A stretch of 61,581 nt of DNA, the filler included. It is 9 parts of 9 records of this genome, joined end to end, with 100 filler letters (N's around TTAATTAATTAA, not from the genome) between each part and the next. Parts side by side here need not be neighbours in the genome. Positions count along the whole stretch, not along the records: positions 50,582 to 55,975 come from SRR31147125_14100; positions 56,076 to 61,581 come from SRR31147125_14149; 7 more parts are not named here. One strand, 5' to 3'. The notes under the pieces are model-generated. The model worked only from the letters and a program-made list of their open reading frames with translations. It was not told where the DNA came from and made no database searches. This document shows positions 51,402-61,581 of this stretch, piece by piece (within the stretch, counting starts at the first letter, position 1; the number at the start of each line of letters is the position of its first letter). The translations under genes were made by a program, and so were the position numbers.

Positions 51402-54400
51402 TTACAGATAATAAATAAAAGATTCAACTTTTATTTTATCATTCTCATTGTCGTTTCCATCAAAAGTCAGATTTAAAACAGGCTTTGTACTTTCATTTTC
51501 AAATCCCTTTTGAAGCATACTTAAAACAATTCCCGTGTTTTCATATATAGATGTTGCTGTAATAATTCCATCAATTTTCTTATTGATAGAAAGCTTTTTA
51601 GCCTGCCTGTATCTGCCGTAAGCACCTGAATAATATCCCACTGTTTCATCTGCACTCTGTATAAGAGTATCCGAATCTGTCTCGAAAGGACTCCAATCGG
51701 ATAATTCCTGTGAGATAGTTTGAATATTTCTTTTAAAAGTATTTAGCTTTTTCTCAATGATTTCTGAATTTTTCATGTTATTTTGATTAGCGTAATCCCT
51801 CCACATCATCCACAGGGCTTCACTTAAAGGACTGTATACTATACGGTGCCCTTTATCTTCAAGTTCTTTGAAAATTCTATTGTTCATCAACTCGTCAAAT
51901 AGAATATTAAAGTCTCCAATTGCTAATATACTTTTGTTGAAATTTTGCCCTTTTAGCTCTTGTGAAATTGATCTTGCAAGTAGTTTTAACTGGTTAAGAT
52001 TAAACTTTTTATTTCTTATTAGCTCAATAAACATATTTAAATACTGTTCTCTTGATTTTGAAGGAGCACTTAAAATTATGTCACCAGCAAGTAAACACAA
52101 GGTGATTGTATTAAATATCTTTTCATCTTTATAAATAACATCTTCTATAAAAGGTGAGACAATATCAACACTTTTAAAGCCCTCTTCATCGAGTTTTGTC
52201 CTAAGCAGGCGGCCATATTGTCCATTAGTTTCAGTTCCTTCATCCTTAGGTATAAAGAAAACTGAATTATCCGCTTCCTTTTCACTGAGCTGATTGAGCT
52301 TTTTAAATACGTTCCCTAATAAAGCTGTAAGTGAAAAATACTCTTCAGTAATAGTAAATTTACGTCCGACTTTAATAGAAGACTTGCTTGATGCAGATAA
52401 AACTTTTGTGTTTATTCCTTCATCCAGCATGTTTTCTTTAAATATTTGTGAATACGGATATAGATGAGGTAAATATACGATTGAGTCCTTATCAATATCA
52501 CTGAGATTATTTTTAATATTTTCTTCCTTATGTTCAATACTCGCCATATAAGTATCTATATCTGATGCCCGCCTAATTTTAATATTCTTTAAACTATTGA
52601 TAAATGCTTCTACGCGAGTGACAACACCAACACCAGAGGAATGCTCATCTACTTCAATATGCAGATAAGGTTTGCCCCTCATTTCTTCTCTGAAATAGTG
52701 AGACAGGATTGAATCGGAATGCATCCGTGATGTGTTAGGAAAATTGCATATAGGTTGGGATGCTGACGAATCAACTGTACAGGTTCAAGTATATGCTGTC
52801 CAAACGGCCAGAACATATTGGGATGCTCCCTGGAAATATCCCCCTCTGGCAAATCGTAAAACGCCAATACTTTATAGCCCATATCCCCAAGCTTTTCTGG
52901 TATACCCATATTTAACACTGGATCAGCAACACCGTATATTTTCGATACCATTACAAAAGCTATCTCATCAGGTTTAAGCTGACTCATTACCTTTTTACTA
53001 TTTTCACTTATGCGCTCTTCAAAACGATCGGCTGCCTCCAACCCTTTCTGCAATGCTTTTCTTGTTTGTTCGGGTGATTTTCCCAGCTTATTACCAATCT
53101 CAAGAAAGCTTTTCATGACAAATTCTTTGCCCATATGAAATGCAATTGTCGGCGACAACAGAGAAATCCCCTTTTTATCCAGATCCATAGTTCTGTTCAT
53201 CACCTTAAAAGCAAGCTGCATATAAGCACAGCCATAATTCTTTCGACTCTGAGATCCAGGATGGTCAACAGTGACCAAATCCGGGAAAAAGATATAATCA
53301 ACCTTTTCCTTCATCAGTTTTGCTACATGACCAGTAATAAGTTTTATGGGATAGCATGTTTCATCCATTGCATACTGCTGCCCCATAGCAATTATGCTCT
53401 CATCAGTTGGATCGGACAAAACGACATTCAGCCCCAGCTCCTTGAAAAATGTATTGAACATAGAAAACATTCCGTAAGTAAACAAGGCTCTTGGAATGCC
53501 GACTGTTTTTTTGGGTGATTTTTCTAAAACATAATCTTCAAAGACTATCTTTCTGACATTATCGCTGAAATTATGATTGTGACTATTTTTCTTATTCTTT
53601 TTTAAATCTGTTAAATCATCTACAGTTATATTAAGCCCTTTAAAGGAGCTCTCCCGTGAGGTCATTTCTTCTTTTGTTAAGATAGCGGCTCCATAAGCTC
53701 CCGTCACGCTGAAAAACGGCGGAACAATAATTTCTTTACCCGTTACAGCTCTAAATGCATTAATTACACCTTGGTTATGAGCAAGCCCTCCCTGAAGAAA
53801 GATTTTGCTTCCTATTTTCTTTTTACCTACTACTCGGTCAAGATAGTTATTTACAATCGAGTAACACAATCCAGATACAATGTCATTAAGTTGTGCACCA
53901 CGGGCTAAGCAAGCGGCTATACTTGATTCAATAAAAACAGTACATCTTTCACCAAGACTGATTGGATTATCGCTTGAAAGGGCAATATCACCAAATTCTT
54001 CAATAGATATATTGAACTTCTTTGCCTGCTCTTCGATGAATGAACCTGTACCAGCTGCGCATATTTTGTTCATCTGAAAATCGACAACAGCACCTTTTTC
54101 TATGCTGATAAATTTTGAATCCTGTCCGCCGATTTCAAAAATAGTATTCACATCGCTATCGATGTGAACTGCAGCTTTCGCCTGAGCAGTGATTTCATCC
54201 TTAATAATGTCGGCTCCTACCATTCTGCCAATCATATACCTGCCGGAACCGGTTGTACCCGCTCCGATAATTTTAACCTTTTCTCCGTACTCATCTTTTA
54301 TTTGTTTAAACCCTTTCAGCACGGCATCAACGGGATTACCAAGGGTTCTGAGATATTTATATGCAACGATTTGTTTGTTTTCATTAATTAATACAAGGTT

Positions 54401-55390
54401 TGTGCTTGTGGAACCAATATCGATGCCCAGATAGCAATCGATTGTACCATTCTCAGTAGAAACGTCTTTGTATATATGCTTACCCAAGCTGTCATCTTGT
54501 CCATATGAAGACAGTTCAGGCAATACAATCTCGTCTCTGTTGTCTGCCAGTATTTCATCTACCCGCTCAATCTCGGAAAAAATCTGATTTATGTTTACAG
54601 ATAAACGCTCTTTCTTTGCAATAACAGCTGCTCCCAAAGCACCGACGCATCCCAAATGACTGGGAAAAACCAAATCCTCATCCTCAAGCTTTAAAACATC
54701 CTTTAACGCGTTAATAATGCCTTCATTGTGTGCAACCCCACCAGAAAATAAGATTGGCTTTTTCATCGGCAGTTTTTTCATGACAGTTCCCTTATAGTTG
54801 CGAACAACCGCATATGCCAAACCCAAAAGGATATCTGGAACTGGAACGCCCTCCTGCTGATAGTGCGTAATATCTGTCTTAGCAAATACGCTGCAGCGCC
54901 CCGCAATCCTTGGTATTGATTTTGCTTTCTTCACTAGCTGCGAATAACTAGTAAGCTCTAAATTTAGCCTGGACATCTGCTCCTCTAGAAAAGAGCCTGT
55001 TCCTGATGAGCAATTTGAATTTATCGATATTTCAATATTGGAATTATTATTCCCTCCAAGTCCGCTCACATATCTTGCACTTTCCCCGCCAATATCGATA
55101 ATAGAGCCGATTTCTGAGTTCTTAACACTTGCACCTTCTACAATAGCCGTGACATCATTGACAGACTTAACGATTCCGTCTGTGCTCAAAAATTTATTTC
55201 CGCTTCCTGTTATCGCACCGTATTTGATTTCTTCTATCTTAAAATCTTTCAGACCTTTAAGAATATCTTTCAAAGTGTTTTTTATCTTACCCTTATGTAA
55301 TTGATACCTGCAAAACTGGATTTTATCTTTTTCATCAATTAAGATTACTTTTATTGATGAATAGCCTATATCAATTCCTATATTGTACAT
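51402..55390 (-). CDS. acyl-CoA dehydratase activase (two BcrA/D-type ASKHA [4Fe-4S] ATPase domains + DUF2229); frameshift near 52716
   Basis: GIDIG twice, IDIGGES/EIGGQDSK, NSNCSSGTG/NKICAAGTG, RCSVF/RCTVF, VGIPRAL, CYPIK; THHGC|DSILSHYF...EVDEH continues in the second ORF. Confidence 0.88.
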
Positions 55391-55393
55391 TCA

Positions 55394-55858
55394 TTAACCT
55401 CCATGTATACTTGTATTTTCTTTGTTTGAGCATTTTTCGCACGTTCCGAAAAACTGTACTCTGTAGTTCTTTACAACGAATCCCTTTTCTGATAATAGTT
55501 TTTTTTCAAAAACCTCTGGCATATCTTCCTCGACATCTATAACTTCACCACAACTCTCACAGATTAGATGATGGTGATGGCGTTTTTCCTGAGAACCAAA
55601 AATCTGAACTCTCATGTGATTATCATCCAGCATAATATGATGAACAAGTCCAAGCTTTTCAAATAACTGCAGATTACGGTAAACTGTCGCAAGTCCGATT
55701 CTAGGATACATCTTTTTGACTTCCCTATATATTTCTTCAGCACCCAGATGCTTATCTTTTTCGTGCTTAATTATATTGAGTATCGCTTGCCTCTGGTCAG
55801 TCAGCTTGTATCCACATGCGTGAAGAATGCTCTCAAAATCAATTGTATTACCATTCAT
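55394..55858 (-). CDS. fur: Fur family transcriptional regulator
   Basis: TDQRQAIL, HLGAEEIY, GLATVYRNL, HHHHLICESCG, GTCEKC. Confidence 0.93.
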   Translation of the reverse strand: MNGNTIDFESILHACGYKLTDQRQAILNIIKHEKDKHLGAEEIYREVKKMYPRIGLATVYRNLQLFEKLGLVHHIMLDDNHMRVQIFGSQEKRHHHHLICESCGEVIDVEEDMPEVFEKKLLSEKGFVVKNYRVQFFGTCEKCSNKENTSIHGG

Positions 55859-55897
55859 TATCCTAATCCTCGTTTCAATAATAATTAGGGTTCCTGT

Positions 55898-55924
55898 AAA
55901 AGTAAATGAGTATCATTTACTTTT
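55898..55924. promoter_or_regulatory. Fur-box-like operator palindrome
   Basis: AAAAGTAAATGA-GTA-TCATTTACTTTT (12-bp perfect arms), 40 nt upstream of fur; a second AAATGAGTATCA lies at 55954-55965. Confidence 0.72.
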
Positions 55925-55975
55925 CAATAACATTTTAGTATAATTAAAACAAAAAATGAGTATCACCAGATACTT

Positions 55976-56075
55976 NNNNNNNNNNNNNNNNNNNNNNNNN
56001 NNNNNNNNNNNNNNNNNNNTTAATTAATTAANNNNNNNNNNNNNNNNNNNNNNNNNNNNNNNNNNNNNNNNNNNN
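55976..56075. other. artificial contig linker
   Basis: N44-TTAATTAATTAA-N44. Confidence 0.99.
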
Positions 56076-56161
56076 GAACCATGATGAATCCCGAAAGCTT
56101 TCGGGCCCCCTCATGTCCGGTGGTGTGGGGAGGGCGGGAGAGAAACCCGCCTTTGCTCGAT
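56076..56161 (+). mobile_element. group IIC intron 3' end (degenerate domain V, plus domain VI)
   Basis: GAACC...CATGTCCGGTGGTGTGGGGAGGG matches the IIC DV 3' strand; DVI hairpin GGCGGG-AGAGAAA-CCCGCC; ends CTCGAT, followed by TATGT. Confidence 0.75.
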
Positions 56162-56215
56162 TATGTGTATTTTAAGTTTGATACTCTTAAAACAAGAATA
56201 CTCTTATATTCAAGC

Positions 56216-57565
56216 TTACAGAATTACTTTTTCCGGCCACGGCTCTTGCTTTGAATTTCCCCAGAGCGTGCTAATGTAATCAATTGAGAACAAATCCTCA
56301 AACGCATGCAGCCAATAGGTACCCTTGTCGGAAAGAACAATCTGCTTTCCATCATCCTTCAGGAATCCAGGGAGAGATAATGGCTTTAGATATTTTCCAT
56401 ATATACTATCAAAATCCTTTCCAAACCTATTCTTGAAATCCATTTTATTGAATTTCGTCTCATAAATTCTCCAGTACAGCCAGCCCGCCATTTGCATATT
56501 CTCTGACAGATCAAGTGATAATGCAATAGCCGTCTCTCCATTTTCAATAGCTTTGATATACTCAATAGCATTAAAAGTGTTAACGTAAAAAACGTCCTTA
56601 AGGTATGAACCTCCACTTGCACCAAGACCAATGTAGAGAGGCACTGTTACCGAACAGTACTTTGGAATTCCTTGTCTTGTGAATGCCCAAACAGAAGTTC
56701 TCTCAAAGCCCACATCATAAAATATATTTTCCAAAATGCCAAGCATCTTTCTTCTTTTAAGCATTGTTGATATTGTAAAGATACTTTCTATGCCATCACT
56801 TCCCATTTTCGTATAAGGGAATCTAAAAAGAGGATAAGCTGCAACCTGACTTATACCCATCTCAACCAGGGTTTGTCCAGCTTGTTCAATCTCGCTAAAA
56901 GTCTGTGTTGGCAATGCAAAGATGAAATCTACGTTAACACATTTAAAGTTTTTATTAACAGCTCGTTTGACTGTTGTTACAACTTCTTCTGTTGTGTAGG
57001 GTCTTGAAAGAGTGCTCAGATGCCTGTCTTGCAGTGATTCCACACCAATGCTTAGATTTTTCACACCCATAGACATAATAGTATCAAGATTGTCTAAACT
57101 TAAATGATTTGGGTGACTCTCCATGTGTATTTCGCACTGCATATTAAAGATGTCATAGATATGTAAAAGTATGTCTTCAATGCCACTATAAAGCATTGTT
57201 GTAGGAGTTCCTCCACCAATATAAAAGGACGTTACTGGTTTGCTACCAACAATATCAGCGTAGAAATCGATCTCTTTTTTTACAGCAATGGAATATCTTC
57301 TTGCCACATCAGGGCTATAGATCTCTTTGTTATACGGACAGTAAGGGCATATTTGTTCGCAGAACGGGATATGAAGGTATACTCCCAATTCATCTATATC
57401 CCGGAACTTTCTGTTTAGCTCTTCAAATGAGGGTATTCTATTCTCAAGTGCAATTTCGTTCTCTCCTGTAAATATTCTACCAAGTTTCTTTCTGATGTAA
57501 TTTTCAAACATGGAAGGTTTCCTGTTAAATATTCCTAAGATCAGATTAATCACAAGTTCTTTCAA
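56216..57565 (-). CDS. HemN-like (class C) radical SAM protein
   Basis: VYLHIPFCEQICPYCPY, FYIGGGTPT, LSIGVESL, NVDFIFALP, YIGLGASG. Confidence 0.9.
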   Translation of the reverse strand: MKELVINLILGIFNRKPSMFENYIRKKLGRIFTGENEIALENRIPSFEELNRKFRDIDELGVYLHIPFCEQICPYCPYNKEIYSPDVARRYSIAVKKEIDFYADIVGSKPVTSFYIGGGTPTTMLYSGIEDILLHIYDIFNMQCEIHMESHPNHLSLDNLDTIMSMGVKNLSIGVESLQDRHLSTLSRPYTTEEVVTTVKRAVNKNFKCVNVDFIFALPTQTFSEIEQAGQTLVEMGISQVAAYPLFRFPYTKMGSDGIESIFTISTMLKRRKMLGILENIFYDVGFERTSVWAFTRQGIPKYCSVTVPLYIGLGASGGSYLKDVFYVNTFNAIEYIKAIENGETAIALSLDLSENMQMAGWLYWRIYETKFNKMDFKNRFGKDFDSIYGKYLKPLSLPGFLKDDGKQIVLSDKGTYWLHAFEDLFSIDYISTLWGNSKQEPWPEKVIL

Positions 57566-58112
57566 TATAATCTTTAAACTCTCGCAAAAATTTAATTGCT
57601 TCTTTTTTAGCCTTTTTAATAAAAGTATCTTTTAGAAAGCCAGACTCCAGTCTACACTCCTGAAAGTATTCTACATTACAGCCTTCTTTTTCAGGTCTTA
57701 TCTGATAGTATCCTATGGAAGATAACATTTTAGGTACAATGTTTATATTGTTACTGCTTGATATCATTTCAAAAACAACCTTTTGTTCATCGCGTTTAAA
57801 AGTTCTCCGCCATGTAGACTGATTTTCAAAAATCAGTAATTTTCGATAGGTAAAAGTTACCTCATACCAATTTTCTCCCTGCCGGACTAGTTCAATGGAT
57901 TTAGCACCTAATGAATACCTGGGTATATTTTTAAAATTATAAATCAGGTTAATTACACAATCAGGTTCAGCTTTTACAATAAAGCTTCCTTGAAATGAAT
58001 AGTAAGTATTTTTCTGAATGAATTCATAATCTAATTCTTTTTTCTTACTTCCATATAGCAGGATTGGTAAACCCAACAATGCTACTATAATTATTTTATA
58101 GAAAACTTTCAT
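57546..58112 (-). CDS. SRPBCC/START-like protein with N-terminal signal or TM segment
   Basis: FIVKAEPDCVINLIYNFKNIPRY...GYYQIRPEKEGCNVEY, followed by a C-terminal helix: helix-grip-like pattern. Confidence 0.55.
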   Translation of the reverse strand: MKVFYKIIIVALLGLPILLYGSKKKELDYEFIQKNTYYSFQGSFIVKAEPDCVINLIYNFKNIPRYSLGAKSIELVRQGENWYEVTFTYRKLLIFENQSTWRRTFKRDEQKVVFEMISSSNNINIVPKMLSSIGYYQIRPEKEGCNVEYFQECRLESGFLKDTFIKKAKKEAIKFLREFKDYIERTCD

Positions 58113-58119
58113 AAATAGA

Positions 58120-58997
58120 TTAAAAATATTTTAATGCATTTAAAATGGCTGATGGCTTTAATTTTAATGTTTGATTTATTTCTGTATAACTTAAATATCC
58201 ACAGTTTTGGCACAATTCGGGATCGCCTGGGAACCTACAGCATTTATAAGTATTACCTTTTTCATAAATATGGCAGATATCCAAAGGTCGCTTCCAATCA
58301 TTTCTGAGTGCTGATTTTATACCTGCTCGTGAATTTAATATTTTATATTTCTTTTTATATTTTAATAATTTGATTAAAACTTTATTTCTCTCAAGAGGCT
58401 CGATATACAAGTCATCATACCCATAATAGGGTGTATGAAAATAAAAAAATATTCCCTGTATTTGATTTATTCCATTTATATATTCACAAAAATCCTGGAT
58501 TTCATCTTTGTTGTAACTGTTTATTGTATAATTTATGTACAGAGAAGGATGTTTTGATTCATAAATATTTTTCATAATCCTGTTAAATGTTCTTCCACGT
58601 AAAAAATCATGAGTTTTTTCAAGTCCATCTATACTGATAAAAACAGTGTCGGCTGATGTTTTTATTGGAATTGTACCGTTTGTATAAATAATAGTTGTGA
58701 AAAATCCAATCTTGTGTGAATAATCAACAATATTTTCAAGATTATAGTTTCTGTCATGCCAGATAAACGGTTCGCCACCCTGGATATAGAGAGTACGACC
58801 ACCTTTATTGTAAAATGATTCAACCGCAGCAATTGTTTCTTCATAACTTGTATTCTTTATTCCACGGCTGGTTATTCTGCAGTGACGGCACTGTAAGTTA
58901 CATTTATTCGTTACAGTTATTCCGCAAATAAGAGGAGTGTTTTTTTAAAGAGTTGATAATTAATTATGTATTTAATTCCGTACATGACAGGTTTCAT
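58120..58997 (-). CDS. radical SAM protein with C-terminal Cys-rich domain; frameshift in an A7 run near 58943
   Basis: Manual translation MKPVMYGIKY...|TPLICGITVTNKCNLQCRHC...QGGEPF...YTNGT...SIDG runs in frame into the 151-aa ORF (C...CC...CQNC). Confidence 0.85.
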
Positions 58998-59026
58998 AAC
59001 TAACATCTCTCGCTTCAATTGTAAGC

Positions 59027-59156
59027 GCTTAACTTTGCGCTTAAGGCGCAAAAGGTAGCGGGACAAAAAGCGTTTAGACTTTTATTATGTTTGATGCGGG
59101 ATTCTTAAAATTCGGATTCAAACAGAGCCCTTCTGCCGCTTTGAAACGCGTTGTGC
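59027..59156 (-). mobile_element. integron attC site
   Basis: Minus strand GCACAAC-GCGT-TTCAAAGCGGCAGAAGG ... CCTTTTGCGCCTTAAG-CGCAAA-GTTAAGC: R''/L''/L'/R' layout with two unpaired bases; lies ~20 nt after a stop codon and ~30 nt before the next ATG. Confidence 0.72.
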
Positions 59157-59175
59157 GCACCGTCTGTGCAAATAA

Positions 59176-61137
59176 CTACTTTAATAACATTAGCTTAATT
59201 GACTTGCAAGATTTTCCTGCATGTATTTGACAAATATAAATCCCGCTTGATAGTGATAATCCATGATTATCTTTACCATCCCATTGCACAGCATAGGAAC
59301 CAGCCTGCTGAAATTCATTTTTTAAAATTTTAACACTTTTACCAAGCAAATTGTAAATTGAAACATTTACATTAACGGATTTATGTAAATCGTATTGTAT
59401 CGTTGTAGCTGGATTGAACGGATTTGGATAATTGGGAAACAGTTTAAAAGAAAGCGCTGTTGAGCCAGAAACATGAGCATTTTCAACTCCGACATCCTGA
59501 ACTCTCTGAAAATAATAAAGCCCACCATCATTATCGCCAACGATCAGGTCTTCTAATCCATCTCCGTTGAGATCGGCGAATGTAGGAATGGACACCCGAT
59601 CCATTTTGATGTTCCGCAAAGTTGTCGGTCACTAAGGTAAAAGAAGTATCATTCACTGTTTGTTGTTCATAATAAAATAGATTTCCATTTGAACATCCAA
59701 TCACTAAATCATACAATCCATCATTATCAAGGTCTGTAATTGTAGGGGTGGAATAGGAGCCAACATCGATCACATTAAATGCAGTGGATATAAGTGTAAA
59801 CATTGTATCGTTTGGACTATGCTGTTCAAAATGTTGAATCGTACCTTGACTATTGCCTACCAAAATATCCAATAATCCGTCGTTATCTAAATCTGAAAAG
59901 CAAGGACTTGGATTTTTTTCAACTGCAAGATTGCTTAAATTTTCGGACATTTGGGAAAATGTTGTGGCTCCGACAGAGTCTTGCTCAAAATAAAAAAGAC
60001 TACTGTCCTTCTCTCCAACTATGAGGTCGATCAGATTATCATTGTCGAGGTTCGTAAATACCGGCTTGGCAAAATGACCAACATCCCAATCGTTCCATCT
60101 CTCAGTTTTAAGGATCAAGCTGGATGATCCAATGGTTTTTTGTTCATAATGAAAAATCCTAGCCTTATCCATGCCAATACATACATCCAGCAAATTATCC
60201 CCATCCAGATCAATTATAGCAGGGGCAGCCCAGGAATCCACATCAATATCCCCGATGAGATCATCATTTACTAATGAAAATGATGTAGAAGCGGGGAATC
60301 CTGTTCGTAATAGCCAAGTTTGCCGTGGCTGTTACCACTAATCATATCCAATAAATTGTCTTGATCCAAATCAACAAAACTGGCTGCGCTGATATATCCT
60401 AAATCGATGTTGTTAAACTTGTTTGTAATTAATGTGAATGATGTATCTGCAGCGGCATTTTGCTGTAAATGATAAAACCTGCCGCCATTATCCCCAACAA
60501 GAAGATCAAGCATACCATCATGATTTAAATCTGTGAAAACAGGATCGGCATTAGATCCAAAATCAGTTGCAGTAAACGCCGAAGATACGAGCGAAAAAGT
60601 GGCTGCATTAATAGTGTCCTGTTTGTAATATCTTAAAAAACCATCACTGGCGCCAACAATTAGCTCCAATAAGCCATCATTCTCAAAATCTGTTATCGCG
60701 GGTGTTAACCTGCCAGTGCTTGAATCTGTTATAAATGTTTCCGATTGAATTGTAAAGACGAGAGAGCCAATAGTTGTTTGCTCATAATGGTGTATGTCGC
60801 GGTAATCAGTGCCAATGAGCAAATCAAATAGACCATCCTGATCTAAATCTGTGAGGCATGGCGCAGTATGTTGTCCGATATCAATATCATTAAACGCTTC
60901 TGAAATTAGTACGAAAGAATCTGCCCCTGCGATTGCCTGTTCAAAATGGACAAGATTTCCTTTTCTTGTGCCAATCAGTATATCGATTAATCCATTTTGA
61001 TCAAGGTCTGCCGAAGCTGGTTTGCACATTTGCATGGCAAATCCCCAACCATTTTCTTTGATTTCCTGGTAAGTTTGAGCGGATGCGATAGATATCCATA
61101 TAAACATAATGGTCGATAAAATCAGTATTTTTTTCAC
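59176..61137 (-). CDS. FG-GAP/VCBS repeat secreted protein with FlgD-Ig/T9SS-like C-terminal domain; two frameshifts (~60295, ~59615)
   Basis: Signal peptide; repeated P.F.DLD.DGL.DL.VG units across three ORF pieces; C-terminal LFPNYPNPFNPATTI...WDGKD...SSGIY. Confidence 0.85.
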
Positions 61138-61206
61138 TTTTTTCTCTCCACATTATTATATCAATGTTAGAAACACATTTGTACTCCCATAAATCACTAA
61201 ACATCG

Positions 61207-61581
61207 TTAATAAAGTTGCTTGAAGACAAAAATGGCTAAATAGATTGCACCGGCGAGGAAACACAGCACTTGCAAAGGTCCAAGTATTTTCATTGTCTTG
61301 ATCCATTTTTCGCTACGCTTAGCCTGAATTATGAAACTAAATTGTGAGAGTTTATCATTGATTTCTTTATTCATTGGCAAAATCGCGTCCATGTTGGTTT
61401 CTGAGGCAGAACTCTTTTCTCCACTGGGTCGGTCCAAGAATACACTCGTGACAACGTTTTGATTCGAGGACCTGGCGAGTTTCTCTGCTTCTTCCTTTCT
61501 CTTAAGACTTTCTTGCTCTTCCTTTTTTAGAAGATAGTTTGCTAGATTTGCATTTTTCGAATACACGTTTGTTCTCAAAAA
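61207..61581 (-). CDS. hypothetical protein with C-terminal TM, probably 5' truncated
   Basis: ORF open to the window edge; charged helix and terminal hydrophobic segment. Confidence 0.5.
   Translation of the reverse strand, partial: FLRTNVYSKNANLANYLLKKEEQESLKRKEEAEKLARSSNQNVVTSVFLDRPSGEKSSASETNMDAILPMNKEINDKLSQFSFIIQAKRSEKWIKTMKILGPLQVLCFLAGAIYLAIFVFKQLY

Noticed and set aside
56216-57565. Calling this gene hemN (heme biosynthesis)
   Set aside because: The HemN fold covers many other reactions, and the context is not a hem operon.
61138-61206. Second attC between the last two genes
   Set aside because: AAC and GTT triplets are present but there is no complementary L-box stem.

Overview
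The window is not one locus. It is nine unrelated contigs joined by artificial 100-nt linkers (N44-TTAATTAATTAA-N44), so gene neighbourhood means nothing across a linker. (1) 1-7390, AT-rich: ino1 end, MATE, tmk, S41 protease, ppdK, ALDH7 start. (2) 7491-13446, GC-rich, deltaproteobacterial-like: hemY/hemG, metallophosphoesterase, htpG, lipoprotein, pcm, yqaA. (3) 13547-20670: apparent operon of a DUF3141 (PhaC-like) protein with a TerB-like tail, a cNMP-binding/acetate kinase/PduL triple fusion and a double-RCK channel. (4) 20771-29118, GC-rich: Zn-ribbon-Cache-HAMP sensor, large secreted protein, LptC-like protein, GDSL esterase, MFS transporter. (5) 29219-34431, Bacteroidetes-like: T9SS cargo, an unannotated 50-aa peptide, a PqqD/RRE-like + HPr-kinase-like fusion, a WecA-like transferase and a tRNA end. 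(6) 34532-44643: gltX start, regulators, a RloA/RloB-like pair with degenerate catalytic motifs, wzb/wzc. (7) 44744-50481: tRNA-Arg(ACG), yhaM, and a giant FliD with a discoidin-like insert. (8) 50582-55975: Fur, acyl-CoA dehydratase activase and methyltransferase behind a Fur-box-like palindrome. (9) 56076-61581: an integron attC site, a probable ~2.9-kb three-gene cassette (radical SAM, SRPBCC/START-like, HemN-like radical SAM) ending at a degenerate group IIC intron 3' end, and an FG-GAP protein. Best leads: the putative RiPP-like peptide/RRE-kinase module (contig 5), the double radical SAM integron cassette with its intron remnant (contig 9), the cNMP-AckA-PduL/DUF3141 operon (contig 3) and the degenerate RloAB pair (contig 6). 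Many genes carry single-base frameshifts, mostly in homopolymers, which look like sequencing errors. All family and taxon assignments come from recognising motifs by eye; no database search was run.
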